Shown here: positions 40,841 through 50,185 of the stretch, piece by piece
Layout of the letters: each line of letters begins with the position of its first letter
Numbering within the stretch: position 1 is the stretch's first letter
Source of the DNA: an uncultured Nitrospirota bacterium
Lineage (GTDB): Bacteria; CG2-30-53-67
NCBI GenBank assembly: GCA_945786985.1
Contig: CALZGC010000131.1
Coordinates: forward strand, 946-64,945
Length of the DNA stretch: 64,000 nt
Direction of reading: 5' to 3'
Program-made: the position numbers and the translations under genes
The notes under the pieces: model-generated
What the model saw: only the letters and a program-made list of their open reading frames with translations
The model's database searches: none
Told to the model about the DNA's origin: nothing

Positions 40841-41836
40841 ATGAATCTTTTTGACTTCCTGAACTCCTACGCCGGGATGTATCTCGTGCAGTCTTTCGTG
40901 CATTCGCTAATCACCGCCATCGTGGTGGACCGGGCGATCAATGCCTGGCGAATCGTGAACCCCCTCGTGATTCAACGCTTCCGGCTGCTGGTCATCCTGC
41001 TGCCGGTTCTCTCCTTTCCCCTCTTCCAGTGGATGCATCCCGAGCGCGGCGCCGTCGACTTTCGGCTTCGCGCACTCTTTGACAGCGCCCGATGGCTCAA
41101 TCTGGAGCTCTTCGGCGCGCTCTCGGTGCACCTACTCTTCGTGGGCTTGCTGCTCATTGCGGGCCTCGTCTTCCTCGTGCAGGAGCTGATCCCCTTGGTG
41201 CGACACACCTTTCTCTCGAAAAGATCTGCGGTTCCTCGAACCCCAGCCGACGAGCACGCACATGTGGCCCGAGCGCTGGAGGATCTTCCCGGGGAAAAGC
41301 CGGCGGTTTATCTCATGGACGATGATGCCTTCACGGTTCTTTCAACCACGGGAAGTGACTCGGCTATTTTTCTCTCCACGGGACTCCTGGAGGTCCTGAG
41401 CCCCTCACAGCTCCAGGCCGCCATCGCCCATGAGATGGCCCACATTCAACGGAGCAAGAGACCTCTGCTGGTAATCGTCTACCTTTTCCGCATACTCATG
41501 TTTCTCAACCCTGTTGTCCTGCTGGAATTTCGCAGAATCGCGCAGGAAGAGGAGAATATCTGTGACGACATGGCCGTATCCATGACCCGGAATCCCCGGG
41601 CTCTGGCGGATACCCTTCGGAATGTCTACGGGACCCAGCGGGATCCCGCGCCGGCGGGGCGCGGGAAACTGGCGGCCGTTAACGAGGCCCTGGAAGACTA
41701 CAGCCATCGGCTGCTGATCGAAAAAAGGATCAATCGGCTGACGGAAGCACGGAGCGACGGGGCACCGAAACGGGGTCGACTGGGCTGGGTGCTCACGGCT
41801 GCGGCCGTCTCGGTGATCAACTATTTTGTGGTTTGA
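40841..41836 (+). CDS. M56 (BlaR1-like)/M48 membrane zinc metallopeptidase
   Basis: several TMs, AHEMAH (HExxH), FLNPVV, EENICDD, RINRL; ATG 1 bp after regulator stop. Confidence 0.85.
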   Translation: MNLFDFLNSYAGMYLVQSFVHSLITAIVVDRAINAWRIVNPLVIQRFRLLVILLPVLSFPLFQWMHPERGAVDFRLRALFDSARWLNLELFGALSVHLLFVGLLLIAGLVFLVQELIPLVRHTFLSKRSAVPRTPADEHAHVARALEDLPGEKPAVYLMDDDAFTVLSTTGSDSAIFLSTGLLEVLSPSQLQAAIAHEMAHIQRSKRPLLVIVYLFRILMFLNPVVLLEFRRIAQEEENICDDMAVSMTRNPRALADTLRNVYGTQRDPAPAGRGKLAAVNEALEDYSHRLLIEKRINRLTEARSDGAPKRGRLGWVLTAAAVSVINYFVV

Positions 41837-41855
41837 AGGAACCGGGGAACAACCG

Positions 41856-42383
41856 ATGCGAGATGCACTGCGAGGTCTCCTCTCTTTTGCCGCCATTTTG
41901 CTGGTTCTGCTGGCCGCCCTGAAGCTGCTCAACTGGGCGCCCACCGTGTTGGACCCGGGGGGCCTGCGGGAATATCCCAACGTCCCCGCGGTCAGGGCCG
42001 CGCTGCAGGTGCAGGACCTGCTGGTCCCGTCCTATTTTCCCGAACAGGTCCGCTGGCCTCCTCGCCGCATCCTTGCCCAGAGCAAACCCTACCCGGCCAT
42101 GGCCGTGACCTATGACGGGACGCACCAGGAGGAGACTGTCCTGCACACCACCCAGGCGGCGTCGGCCGAGTTTGCCCCCGAAACGGGGATTGCGCCCACC
42201 ACCCTGCGTGAAACCGTGCCCTACGACCTCAATGGCCGAGAAGCGATTCTGGAAGTGGGTGTGTGCAGCAACGGAGCGCCTTGCAGCCGCCTCACGTGGC
42301 AGCAGGATCGATACTGGATCAAAGTCGAGATGGTCTCGTCCCCGTTCGAGTTGATCAAGATCGCGCAAAGCATGCGTCCGTGA
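41856..42383 (+). CDS. hypothetical membrane-anchored periplasmic protein
   Basis: N-terminal TM, L.VPSYFP, C-terminal CxxxxxC..L.W...Y pattern; same-strand position after the peptidase. Confidence 0.7.
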   Translation: MRDALRGLLSFAAILLVLLAALKLLNWAPTVLDPGGLREYPNVPAVRAALQVQDLLVPSYFPEQVRWPPRRILAQSKPYPAMAVTYDGTHQEETVLHTTQAASAEFAPETGIAPTTLRETVPYDLNGREAILEVGVCSNGAPCSRLTWQQDRYWIKVEMVSSPFELIKIAQSMRP

Positions 42384-42577
42384 CATCGCCCCGGTGCGCA
42401 CACCCGTGCCCGCCACAGCCCATGGCAAGGAACCTCCAGGTACCCCTTCCCGGTTGACGCTGCCGCACAAAGGTGTCGTTTATTTGTATCAAGAACTGTA
42501 GAAGTGTTCGTGAATTAGAACAGATTCTCTCCTCGAAACACACTTTACATCGCGCCTAAGACAAAAATCACCTCAAA

Positions 42578-42623
42578 ATAGGAACTTCTTCCAATTGTTG
42601 GGACCGCTCGTCTTCGATATAAA
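42578..42623 (+). promoter_or_regulatory. promoter with adjacent palindromic operator upstream of the cytochrome cluster
   Basis: ATAGGAA-CTTC-TTCCAAT abutting TTGTTG-N17-TATAAA; AAGGAGGTGA RBS downstream. Confidence 0.5.
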
Positions 42624-42655
42624 TCAAACATAACATGGGAAAGGAGGTGAGCTTG

Positions 42656-43048
42656 ATGTTTAGATACAAAGGAGGCGATTGGGTAACAGAAGGCACGTAT
42701 TGGAACCTGGTCTCAGGAAGGCGGGTCGATGCCACGGGGGAGGGGTTGGCGCTTCCGGGCGCACGGAACCTCGTTTACCTTCGCATGCCCGCCGGCGTGA
42801 TGCTGCTGTCCGGCCCGCTGTTCGGGTTGTTGTACATCGTTTTTTTCCCAATGATCGGCATCGCCGCATTGAGCTTTTTCACGGTACGGGGGATTTTCAG
42901 AGGGGCCTTTGGCCTGTTGTCCAGGGCCATGTACTTTGAGTGGCGACCGGCCGAGGCCTATTTGGCCGGAAGAAAAAGGCGGTCCAAGAAACAGAAACAA
43001 GAGCAAGGGGACGGTTCGAAGCAGAAGGACAGCGAAGCGCAATCTTAA
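42656..43048 (+). CDS. small membrane protein (WRP.EAYLAG motif, paralog A)
   Basis: AAGGAGGTGA RBS; central hydrophobic segment; FEWRPAEAYLAGRK then basic tail. Confidence 0.8.
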   Translation: MFRYKGGDWVTEGTYWNLVSGRRVDATGEGLALPGARNLVYLRMPAGVMLLSGPLFGLLYIVFFPMIGIAALSFFTVRGIFRGAFGLLSRAMYFEWRPAEAYLAGRKRRSKKQKQEQGDGSKQKDSEAQS

Positions 43049-43106
43049 GTTTTCCATGATCCCGGCGGGGTGCCCTGCACCCCCCATTTGAAGAGGAGGA
43101 GAAACC

Positions 43107-43532
43107 ATGAATACCTATTTCGATTTCATCACACATGTCAAGGGGATTGAGTACCTCGTCGCCATCGGTTCCATTGTCGGATTCATCGTGCTCTGGGAGG
43201 TCCTGAAGCCCAAGCCCTTCTCCAAAATGGTGCACTCGGCCAAAGAGGATCTGACCTATATGAAAGCAGGCGGTTCCAGGCAGGCCCTCCGAAACGTGGG
43301 CAAACTGGTGAGTGCTCCCTTCATCGGACTGGCTTATGTGATCAGTCTACCCATTGCCTTTATGGGTGCCCTGCTTTTCGCCACCGTCAACGGCCTGATG
43401 AACTACGTCGGCCGGACCACCTCCTTCGATTGGCGGCCCATGGAAGCATACCTGGCCGGCAAAAAACACAAGAAGACAGAAGCCCGTGGAGAGGAAGAAA
43501 AGCCTGCGCCCAAGAAGACCGAGCAGGACTAG
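43107..43532 (+). CDS. small membrane protein with HmcD-like N-terminus (paralog B)
   Basis: GAGGAGGAG RBS; T..DF.T..KG.EYL....I.GF..LW resembles HmcD-type peptides; FDWRPMEAYLAGKK. Confidence 0.8.
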   Translation: MNTYFDFITHVKGIEYLVAIGSIVGFIVLWEVLKPKPFSKMVHSAKEDLTYMKAGGSRQALRNVGKLVSAPFIGLAYVISLPIAFMGALLFATVNGLMNYVGRTTSFDWRPMEAYLAGKKHKKTEARGEEEKPAPKKTEQD

Positions 43533-43570
43533 CCGTCATCCACACCCGATCAAAGAGGAGGTCATATCCC

Positions 43571-44044
43571 ATGGAAGCCACAAGAGCAATCCCCATTTTG
43601 ATTTGCGCCACCTTGCTGACGGCGGCCTTTGCTTCCTGGCTTTACGCCGGGGACACCGGCCCCGTGCCCCAACCGGGCGTAGTGACTCTGGACAGCCTGA
43701 GCGATCAGTACGAACCGGTGACCTTCGATCATGAGATGCACGTCATGGTCGCGGAGGAGTGCGCCCAATGCCACCATCAGCACGGAAGCCGGGTAACCCG
43801 GTCCTGCGGGGACTGTCACACCCTCAATTCGGAGGCCTTTAGACGCACAGCAGTCAACACGTTCACGCCTTGCCAGGACTGCCACGGCGAATACGATCCC
43901 GATACGCCGCAGATGCCGGGCCTCAAGGGAGCCTACCACCGCACCTGTTTCGCATGTCATCGCGGGATGGGGCAAGTCGGTCTGGACCCGACGGGTTGCA
44001 CCCAAATGTGCCACGCGAAGAGAGACCGGATGGCCGGAAAATGA
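43571..44044 (+). CDS. cytochrome c3-like multiheme protein (4 CxxCH plus 1 CxxxCH)
   Basis: signal peptide; VTFDHEMH, CAQCHH, CGDCH, CQDCH, AYHRTCFACH, CTQMCH. Confidence 0.92.
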   Translation: MEATRAIPILICATLLTAAFASWLYAGDTGPVPQPGVVTLDSLSDQYEPVTFDHEMHVMVAEECAQCHHQHGSRVTRSCGDCHTLNSEAFRRTAVNTFTPCQDCHGEYDPDTPQMPGLKGAYHRTCFACHRGMGQVGLDPTGCTQMCHAKRDRMAGK

Positions 44045-44101
44045 CGCGCAGAGTCCGCGGCCCCGCAAAGGCTGCGGTGTTTGCTGAAAGGAGGTTTCGC
44101 A

Positions 44102-45112
44102 ATGACACAGGAGAGACAAGAGAAGGGGGCCGGCGGCCTGCAGCACGGGGGGCGCCGTTCCGACAGCACGGATCAACCCCATGGACCGTGCGGCATCAAC
44201 CGCAGAGGCTTTCTCGGCGTCATGGGAGCGGTGAGCGGGTCGGCCCTGCTGGCCAGCGCCGCAGAGGTTCATGCATACAAGCAGTTCGAAGGATGGCCCG
44301 ATCGCTACGGCATGCTGTCCGACCTGACAGCCTGTGTGGGCTGCCGCAGCTGTGAACGGGCCTGCAACGAGGCCAACGGCCTGCCCAAACCGAAAAAGTC
44401 CTTTGACGACGGATCGGTTTTTGCCGAACTGCGGCGGACCGATGATAAAACTTACACCGTGGTCAATCGCTATGAAAACCCCGGGGACCCCGGGACGCCC
44501 GTCTATCGCAAGGTCCAGTGCATGCACTGCAACGAGCCGGCCTGCGCCACGGCCTGCCCTATCCATGCCTACTCCAAAACTCCCGAAGGGGCCGTCATGT
44601 ACGATCCGGACAAGTGTTTTGGTTGCCGGTACTGCATGGTGGCCTGCCCCTTCGGCATTCCGACCTATGACTACGAGAGTGCCTTTCAGCCCCGGATCTA
44701 CAAGTGCGTGCTGTGCTATGACCGCCTCAAGGTCGGCCAGATACCGGCCTGCGCCCAGGGTTGCCCGACGGAGGCCATTACCTTCGGGAAACGGTCCGAC
44801 CTGCTCCGACTCGCGCGAGAGAGGATCCTGGAACACCCGGATCGCTACATCGACCATATCTACGGAGAGCATGAAGCCGGGGGCACCAGCTGGCTCTATC
44901 TGTCGTCGGTCCCCTTCGGCCAACTCGATTTTCCCACCAACCTGCCGGACAGGCCGCTGGTGGAAGAGACCAAGGGATTTCTCTCCTCGGTGCCGGTGGT
45001 GTTTACCGTCTGGCCGGCCCTCTTCGGGATGATCTACGCGTCGGTTCGCCACCGCGATGCCTTGCAGGAAGAGCTGAAACAAGAGCAGGAAAAAGAGGAG
45101 GAGAGACAATGA
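44102..45112 (+). CDS. HmcB/HybA/NrfC-like 4Fe-4S subunit, Tat signal, C-terminal TM
   Basis: NRRGFL; CVGCRSCERAC, CMHCNEPACATACP, CFGCRYCMVACP, KCVLC...PACAQGCP; HIYGEHEAGGT. Confidence 0.93.
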   Translation: MTQERQEKGAGGLQHGGRRSDSTDQPHGPCGINRRGFLGVMGAVSGSALLASAAEVHAYKQFEGWPDRYGMLSDLTACVGCRSCERACNEANGLPKPKKSFDDGSVFAELRRTDDKTYTVVNRYENPGDPGTPVYRKVQCMHCNEPACATACPIHAYSKTPEGAVMYDPDKCFGCRYCMVACPFGIPTYDYESAFQPRIYKCVLCYDRLKVGQIPACAQGCPTEAITFGKRSDLLRLARERILEHPDRYIDHIYGEHEAGGTSWLYLSSVPFGQLDFPTNLPDRPLVEETKGFLSSVPVVFTVWPALFGMIYASVRHRDALQEELKQEQEKEEERQ

Positions 45113-46347
45113 ACCATCATGAGACCGCTGTGAAAACTGATAACTTTCGGGCATGGTTCATGGACAAGCTGCTGATGGGGATGGACTGGCCGGACTATAT
45201 GCGACAGCTGATCACGCCGTTTAACATCATCGCCGCCATCATTCTCAGCATCGGTCTGCCGCTGATAGCCATCCGCTTCATCTACGGCCTGGCCTCGGTG
45301 ACGCACGCATCACAGGATTATCCCTGGGGGATCTTTCTCGGCTGGGGGCTCTTCGGGGGCGTGCCCCTCTCGGCCACAGGCTTTGTGTTGGCCACGGCCT
45401 ACTACATCTTCGGGTTCAAGAAGTACAAACCGCTGGTGCGGCTGGCCGTGCTCGCGGGTTTTCTGGGGTACCTCTTCGCCGTGATCTATCTGCTCTGCGA
45501 TCTGGGGCGGCCCTGGCGGATTTACTACCCCATGATCATCGGGTTCGGGACAGCCTCGGTCCTCTTTCTCGTGGCCTGGCATGTGGCCACCTATCTGACC
45601 GTGCAGTTCCTTGAGTTCAGCCCGGCCATCCTGGAGTGGCTCCAGTCCAAACGTATTCGCAAATGGGCCTTGAGTATCACCATTGCCATGACTATCGCCG
45701 GGATCATTCTCTCAACCCTGCACCAGTCGGCGCTGGGGGCCATGTTCCTTCTGGCGCCGGGGAAGATGCACCCGCTCTGGTATTCGTCCTATCTGCCGGT
45801 CCTCTTCCTCTGCTCGAGCATCTATGCGGCGCTGAGCATGGTCATTGTGGTGAGCACCCTGGCTGCCCGCTTCCTGAAAAAGGCCGCGGACCAGACGTTC
45901 CTGAGCAACCTGAATCCACTGACCTTGGGCCTGGGCAGGGGCGCCTCCCTGACGATGTACGTCTATTTCGTGCTTAAACTCATCAGCGTTGCCCACGATA
46001 ACAATTGGGCCCTGTTGGCAACGCCCTATGGCCAGTGGTTTCTCCTGGAGATCGTCGGCTTTGTGCTGCTGCCGGCCCTGATCCTGAGCCTCGGAGTCAA
46101 GACGGGCCGTGTCGGAATCGTCCGACTGGGAGCCTTCGCCGGTGCGCTCGGCATCGTGGTGAACCGTATCAACGTCTCCATGGTGGCACTCAATTGGAAC
46201 TTGCCGGACCATCTGCATCACATCGTTCCGCCCTGGCAGGAAGTCGCCATTGTCCTCGCCATCGCGACGATCCACGTTCTCGTCTTTCGCTGGATCCTGA
46301 TGCGCATGCCGGTGATTCGAGAGGCACCGGAGTACACGGACCATTAG
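45109..46347 (+). CDS. HmcC/HybB-like NrfD-family quinol-interacting membrane subunit
   Basis: YPWG, DLGRPWR, SVLFLVAW, STLHQSALG, K.HPLWYS, NRINV; about 10 TMs; overlaps upstream stop. Confidence 0.92.
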   Translation: MNHHETAVKTDNFRAWFMDKLLMGMDWPDYMRQLITPFNIIAAIILSIGLPLIAIRFIYGLASVTHASQDYPWGIFLGWGLFGGVPLSATGFVLATAYYIFGFKKYKPLVRLAVLAGFLGYLFAVIYLLCDLGRPWRIYYPMIIGFGTASVLFLVAWHVATYLTVQFLEFSPAILEWLQSKRIRKWALSITIAMTIAGIILSTLHQSALGAMFLLAPGKMHPLWYSSYLPVLFLCSSIYAALSMVIVVSTLAARFLKKAADQTFLSNLNPLTLGLGRGASLTMYVYFVLKLISVAHDNNWALLATPYGQWFLLEIVGFVLLPALILSLGVKTGRVGIVRLGAFAGALGIVVNRINVSMVALNWNLPDHLHHIVPPWQEVAIVLAIATIHVLVFRWILMRMPVIREAPEYTDH

Positions 46348-46520
46348 CAAGCCCCCAACCCGCGGCCCGGTTGTGCACCACCGATTGGGGTCATTGTGCA
46401 CCGGACCGCGGGGAACCCCGTCGCCCCAAGGGGTTGCATTGCGGCCCCCGGTGCGGCGGGAGAGAGCAGCGGGCCGATAAACGGCTCGAGACAACGTGAG
46501 CGGATCAAGGGGAGGGCGCC

Positions 46521-47966
46521 ATGCACGGACGAAAACAACTGATCGGGTGGCTCACCGCCTGCCTAATTCTCATCCAGCCTGCGATTACGCAAGCCACAGT
46601 CCCCGCAAGCCCCACGTCCGAAACCCAGAATTGCCTGGTCTGCCATGGCCGCGAACCGGCCGAAAAAGGCGGCATAGGCGAGGAACCGAGGGCGCCCTAC
46701 GTCGATATGGCCGCCCTGAAGACGTCCGCGCATCCCAACACCGCCTGCTCCGAATGCCACCGGGAGTTCGCATCGGGTAAACACCCGGACCCACGCTTTC
46801 GGGATGCACAGCAGCGGAAACTCCGGTATGCGTTGAAGTGCAGAGAATGCCATTCGGACGCGGAGATCACGCTGAAACCGATCCATGCCCGTCTGCTGGA
46901 GAACGCGCAGGAGGGGGATGCCCCCGTGTGTACCGACTGCCACGGCGCCCACAATGTCACTCCCATCTCGGGGGGGAAGGTCCTGCAGAGTGAGCGGCGT
47001 TACTGCCAGGGGTGTCATGAGCACCCCGTCACCACGGACCTCCGAAGCGGCGAGACTCTGATGCTGCAAACCGACTTAACGGTACTGGACGGGTCCGAGC
47101 ACCACATGCTCAGCTGCTCAGACTGCCATTTCGGCTTCTCCTCCCAGGAGCATCCGCAGCGCAATTTCCGAACATTGCGGGATTACGCGATCGCCTCCTC
47201 GGACAGCTGCAAGCGCTGCCACTTTGACAAACATACCCGCACGCTGGAGAGCATTCATTATGCCATCCTGAACCAAGGAAACCAGAGCGCGCCGGTCTGT
47301 ACCGACTGCCACGGCGCCCACGGGATTGCGGCCGTCGGCAAGGATCGCGCCTTTAGTGCGACACGCTGCAAGCAATGCCACGCGGCGGTTTATGAAACCT
47401 ACGCCCACAGCGTACACGGCAACGCCCTGATCAACGAGCGCAACCAGGACGTGCCGGTCTGCATCGACTGCCACCGGGCGCACGACATCGTCAATCCCCT
47501 GACCCTGGAATTTCACGACGGCATTCCCGACACTTGCGCCAACTGCCATTCCAACAAACGGATCATGGGCAAATACGGTCTTTCCACCGACGTGGTCAAG
47601 ACCTATCTCTCAGATTTCCACGGGGTCACCCTGAATTTCTACAGAAAACAGAAAGAAGCCCTTCTCAAACCCGGACGGCCCATCGCCGTCTGCACCGATT
47701 GCCACGGTACCCATGATATTGCCGGCGACGCCGATACGGATCCCCTGATTGTCAAGGGGCGCTTGCTGAAACGGTGTCAGAAGTGCCACCCCGATGCCAC
47801 AGAGAATTTCTCCGATGCCTGGCTGTCCCACTATGAGCCGACCCTGGAGAAGGCGCCGATCGTCTATCTGGTGAATCTGAGCTACAGGATTTTCCTGCCG
47901 GTGATGGTGGTGGGCCTGATCCTGCAGATACTGCTGCACATCTGGCGGTATGCGGTCAACCGCTGA
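46521..47966 (+). CDS. 13-heme c-type cytochrome with C-terminal membrane anchor
   Basis: signal peptide; 13 CxxCH counted; S.H / SVHG spacer motifs; C-terminal TM with His. Confidence 0.93.
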   Translation: MHGRKQLIGWLTACLILIQPAITQATVPASPTSETQNCLVCHGREPAEKGGIGEEPRAPYVDMAALKTSAHPNTACSECHREFASGKHPDPRFRDAQQRKLRYALKCRECHSDAEITLKPIHARLLENAQEGDAPVCTDCHGAHNVTPISGGKVLQSERRYCQGCHEHPVTTDLRSGETLMLQTDLTVLDGSEHHMLSCSDCHFGFSSQEHPQRNFRTLRDYAIASSDSCKRCHFDKHTRTLESIHYAILNQGNQSAPVCTDCHGAHGIAAVGKDRAFSATRCKQCHAAVYETYAHSVHGNALINERNQDVPVCIDCHRAHDIVNPLTLEFHDGIPDTCANCHSNKRIMGKYGLSTDVVKTYLSDFHGVTLNFYRKQKEALLKPGRPIAVCTDCHGTHDIAGDADTDPLIVKGRLLKRCQKCHPDATENFSDAWLSHYEPTLEKAPIVYLVNLSYRIFLPVMVVGLILQILLHIWRYAVNR

Positions 47967-48003
47967 CCGCGCTCCTCAAGCGCGTGCAGCAACGGAGGCT
48001 ACT

Positions 48004-48762
48004 ATGAAGAACCGCAAAATAAACGGTGGAATGATCCGCCGCTTCAGCCCCCTGCGACTGGCCGAGCACTGGGTGAACGCAGGCGCCATCGCCGTTCTCG
48101 TGCTGACCGGGCTCGCACAGAAGTTCCACACCCTGGAGGCGTCCCAGTGGTTTGTGCTGCACCTGGGCGGCATCGATACGGTCCGCCTCATCCACCACAC
48201 GGCAGGCGTCGTGGTGATCCTGCTGACCCTGCAGCATATCTTGGCTACCTCCTTCCTGGTCGTCTTGCGAAAGGGGCAGCCCGGCATGTTGATCAACAAG
48301 AAGGATGTGGCCGATACGCTGGAAAACCTGCGGTACTACTTTGGACTGCGGCAGAGCCCGGCCCTCTGCGACCGATACGATTACAAGCAGAAGTTTGAGT
48401 ACTGGACGATCCTGACGGGCCAGATCCTGATGACCGTCTCCGGCCTCATTCTCTGGTTTCCGACGGTTGCGGCTCGCTTCCTGCCGGGCGAATTCATTCC
48501 GGCCGCCAAGGCGCTGCACACCAATGAAGCCCTGCTCATTTTCCTCCTCATCGCCGTCTGGCATATCTACAATGCCATCTTCAGCCCCGACGTCTTCCCC
48601 CTGGACACGAGCATCTTCACCGGTCGCATCTCACGGGAGCGGATGGTCCACGAACACCCCCTGGAGTTGGGAAGAATGGAGGGAATCCCTCTGGAGGCCG
48701 TTCTGAAAGAAAGACGGGAGGAGATGCACCTTCTGGACGCGGAGAGCCCCCTGCTGCACTAA
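48004..48762 (+). CDS. cytochrome b subunit (FdnI/CbcB-like)
   Basis: RF...RLAEHW, LTGLAQKF, RLIHH, DRYDYKQKFEYW, LHTNEALL, WHIYN, EHPLE; GGAGG RBS. Confidence 0.9.
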   Translation: MKNRKINGGMIRRFSPLRLAEHWVNAGAIAVLVLTGLAQKFHTLEASQWFVLHLGGIDTVRLIHHTAGVVVILLTLQHILATSFLVVLRKGQPGMLINKKDVADTLENLRYYFGLRQSPALCDRYDYKQKFEYWTILTGQILMTVSGLILWFPTVAARFLPGEFIPAAKALHTNEALLIFLLIAVWHIYNAIFSPDVFPLDTSIFTGRISRERMVHEHPLELGRMEGIPLEAVLKERREEMHLLDAESPLLH

Positions 48763-48820
48763 CCGGCCAAAACGCGCGCACGTTTCCGCTCTTTGGCCCC
48801 CGCGTAATGCACAATTCGAC

Positions 48821-49291
48821 TCAGGCGGCCTGCACGGAGAACTTCAGGATCTTCGGCTGCACGAGCCGTTCGAAATCCCTGTAGGACACCCGGATCAGCT
48901 CGATGTGCGACCCCGCGTTGAAGGCGATCTTCTCGTCCTGTGTGAGGCTCTCCGCAACATAGACGCCCAGGCCGTAAAGGTTGCCGAAGGGGGGCATGGC
49001 CCCGATATCGCACCCCGGGAACAAGTCCTGAAATTCCTGCTCTCCGGCCAGTTTGGCCTCCGCAACGCCGGCCGCTTCCTTCAGGAGACGGAAATCGACC
49101 TTGTAAGATGCCGGAAGCACGGTCATGGCGAGCTTGCCGTCGAGCTTCACCATCACGGTCTTCGCCAATTCCCGTCCCGGGATGTGGGCGGCGGCGGCAA
49201 TTTCCTGGGTGGTGAAGGCCTCCGAATGATGAATGACTTCATAGGAAACCCGTTCCCGGTCCAGATAGTCCTTTAGTTTTTTTGCGGGCAT
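48821..49291 (-). CDS. YbaK/EbsC family aminoacyl-tRNA deacylase
   Basis: LAKTVMV, FPGCDIGAMPPFG, FNAGSH. Confidence 0.93.
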   Translation of the reverse strand: MPAKKLKDYLDRERVSYEVIHHSEAFTTQEIAAAAHIPGRELAKTVMVKLDGKLAMTVLPASYKVDFRLLKEAAGVAEAKLAGEQEFQDLFPGCDIGAMPPFGNLYGLGVYVAESLTQDEKIAFNAGSHIELIRVSYRDFERLVQPKILKFSVQAA

Positions 49292-49466
49292 CTCAATTCC
49301 CTCCTTCGCTCACGTCATGCGGCTTCGCACCGCAGCGTTCGTGAACGATTCCCCTGTTTTTGGCGCCGTACCTCGTACCGTCTAGATTAATAGCACGGAT
49401 CCAGCACTTGTCAAGAAGCCGCAAGCGTCCGGCCTTCCAGTCCTTCGGAACGTCTCGCACTCCCCC

Positions 49467-49494
49467 TTGACATCCCGAATCGGGTGATTATCTT
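49467..49494 (+). promoter_or_regulatory. sigma70-like promoter of hsp20
   Basis: TTGACA-N16-TATCTT with extended TG; a divergent TTGACA for the ybaK-like gene near 49414. Confidence 0.5.
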
Positions 49495-49560
49495 TTGGAC
49501 AGTAGGCTTTAGGATGCGGCCCTAGCCCATCCGCCCAATCAACGACAGGAGGTAAGCACC

Positions 49561-50001
49561 ATGGCCCTTTTGACCCAATTTGATCCGATTGTCAACTTGC
49601 AGTCCCTGAACCGCTGGCTCGACGGGGAGTTCCCCGGTTTTCGTGCATACACGGGGACTTCCACTGAAGAAACCTGGCGTCCCGCGGTGGACATTCTGGA
49701 GGATGTAGATGCCTTCATCATTGAAATCGAAATTCCCGGCATTGCCGAAACAAGCATCGATATGAAAATCGAGAAACAGGTTTTGACATTGACGGGTGCG
49801 CGAGAAACCGATGAGCAGAACCCAACTCGCAAAACGATCAGGAGGGAACGCGCACAGGGAAACTTCGTGCGCTCATTCCAGCTGCCTGACACGGTCGACA
49901 CGGAGAAGATTACCGCGAAGCTGAAGCAGGGGGTGCTGCGAATAGAGCTTCTCAAGAAAGAAGAGACCAAACCGAGGACCATCAAGGTCGAAATGAAATA
50001 A
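49561..50001 (+). CDS. Hsp20/alpha-crystallin small heat shock protein
   Basis: WRPAVDI.E, EIPG, LTLTG.R, RER..GNFVRSF.LP, A.L..GVL.I; AGGAGG RBS. Confidence 0.96.
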   Translation: MALLTQFDPIVNLQSLNRWLDGEFPGFRAYTGTSTEETWRPAVDILEDVDAFIIEIEIPGIAETSIDMKIEKQVLTLTGARETDEQNPTRKTIRRERAQGNFVRSFQLPDTVDTEKITAKLKQGVLRIELLKKEETKPRTIKVEMK

Positions 50002-50185
50002 CCGCCTCGGTTGACAACCCAAGCCAGGATTCCTCAACGGGGGAGGCGACCCACGTGTCCCTCCCCCGCCTTCCTCCATCCATCGGAAGATCTGTCCCAC
50101 GCCAGCGTCGCACCGAAAAAAAGCCTGTTGCCACAATGGGATACCCCATAGTAAAATAGACCCAGTTCAACACACCGACTGAGAA

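Noticed and set aside
43562..45154. 530-aa minus-strand ORF
   Set aside because: Antisense shadow of the cytochrome c3-like and 4Fe-4S genes
49380..49560. CIRCE operator or RNA thermometer before hsp20
   Set aside because: No TTAGCACTC-N9-GAGTGCTAA; the leader hairpin does not clearly sequester the SD
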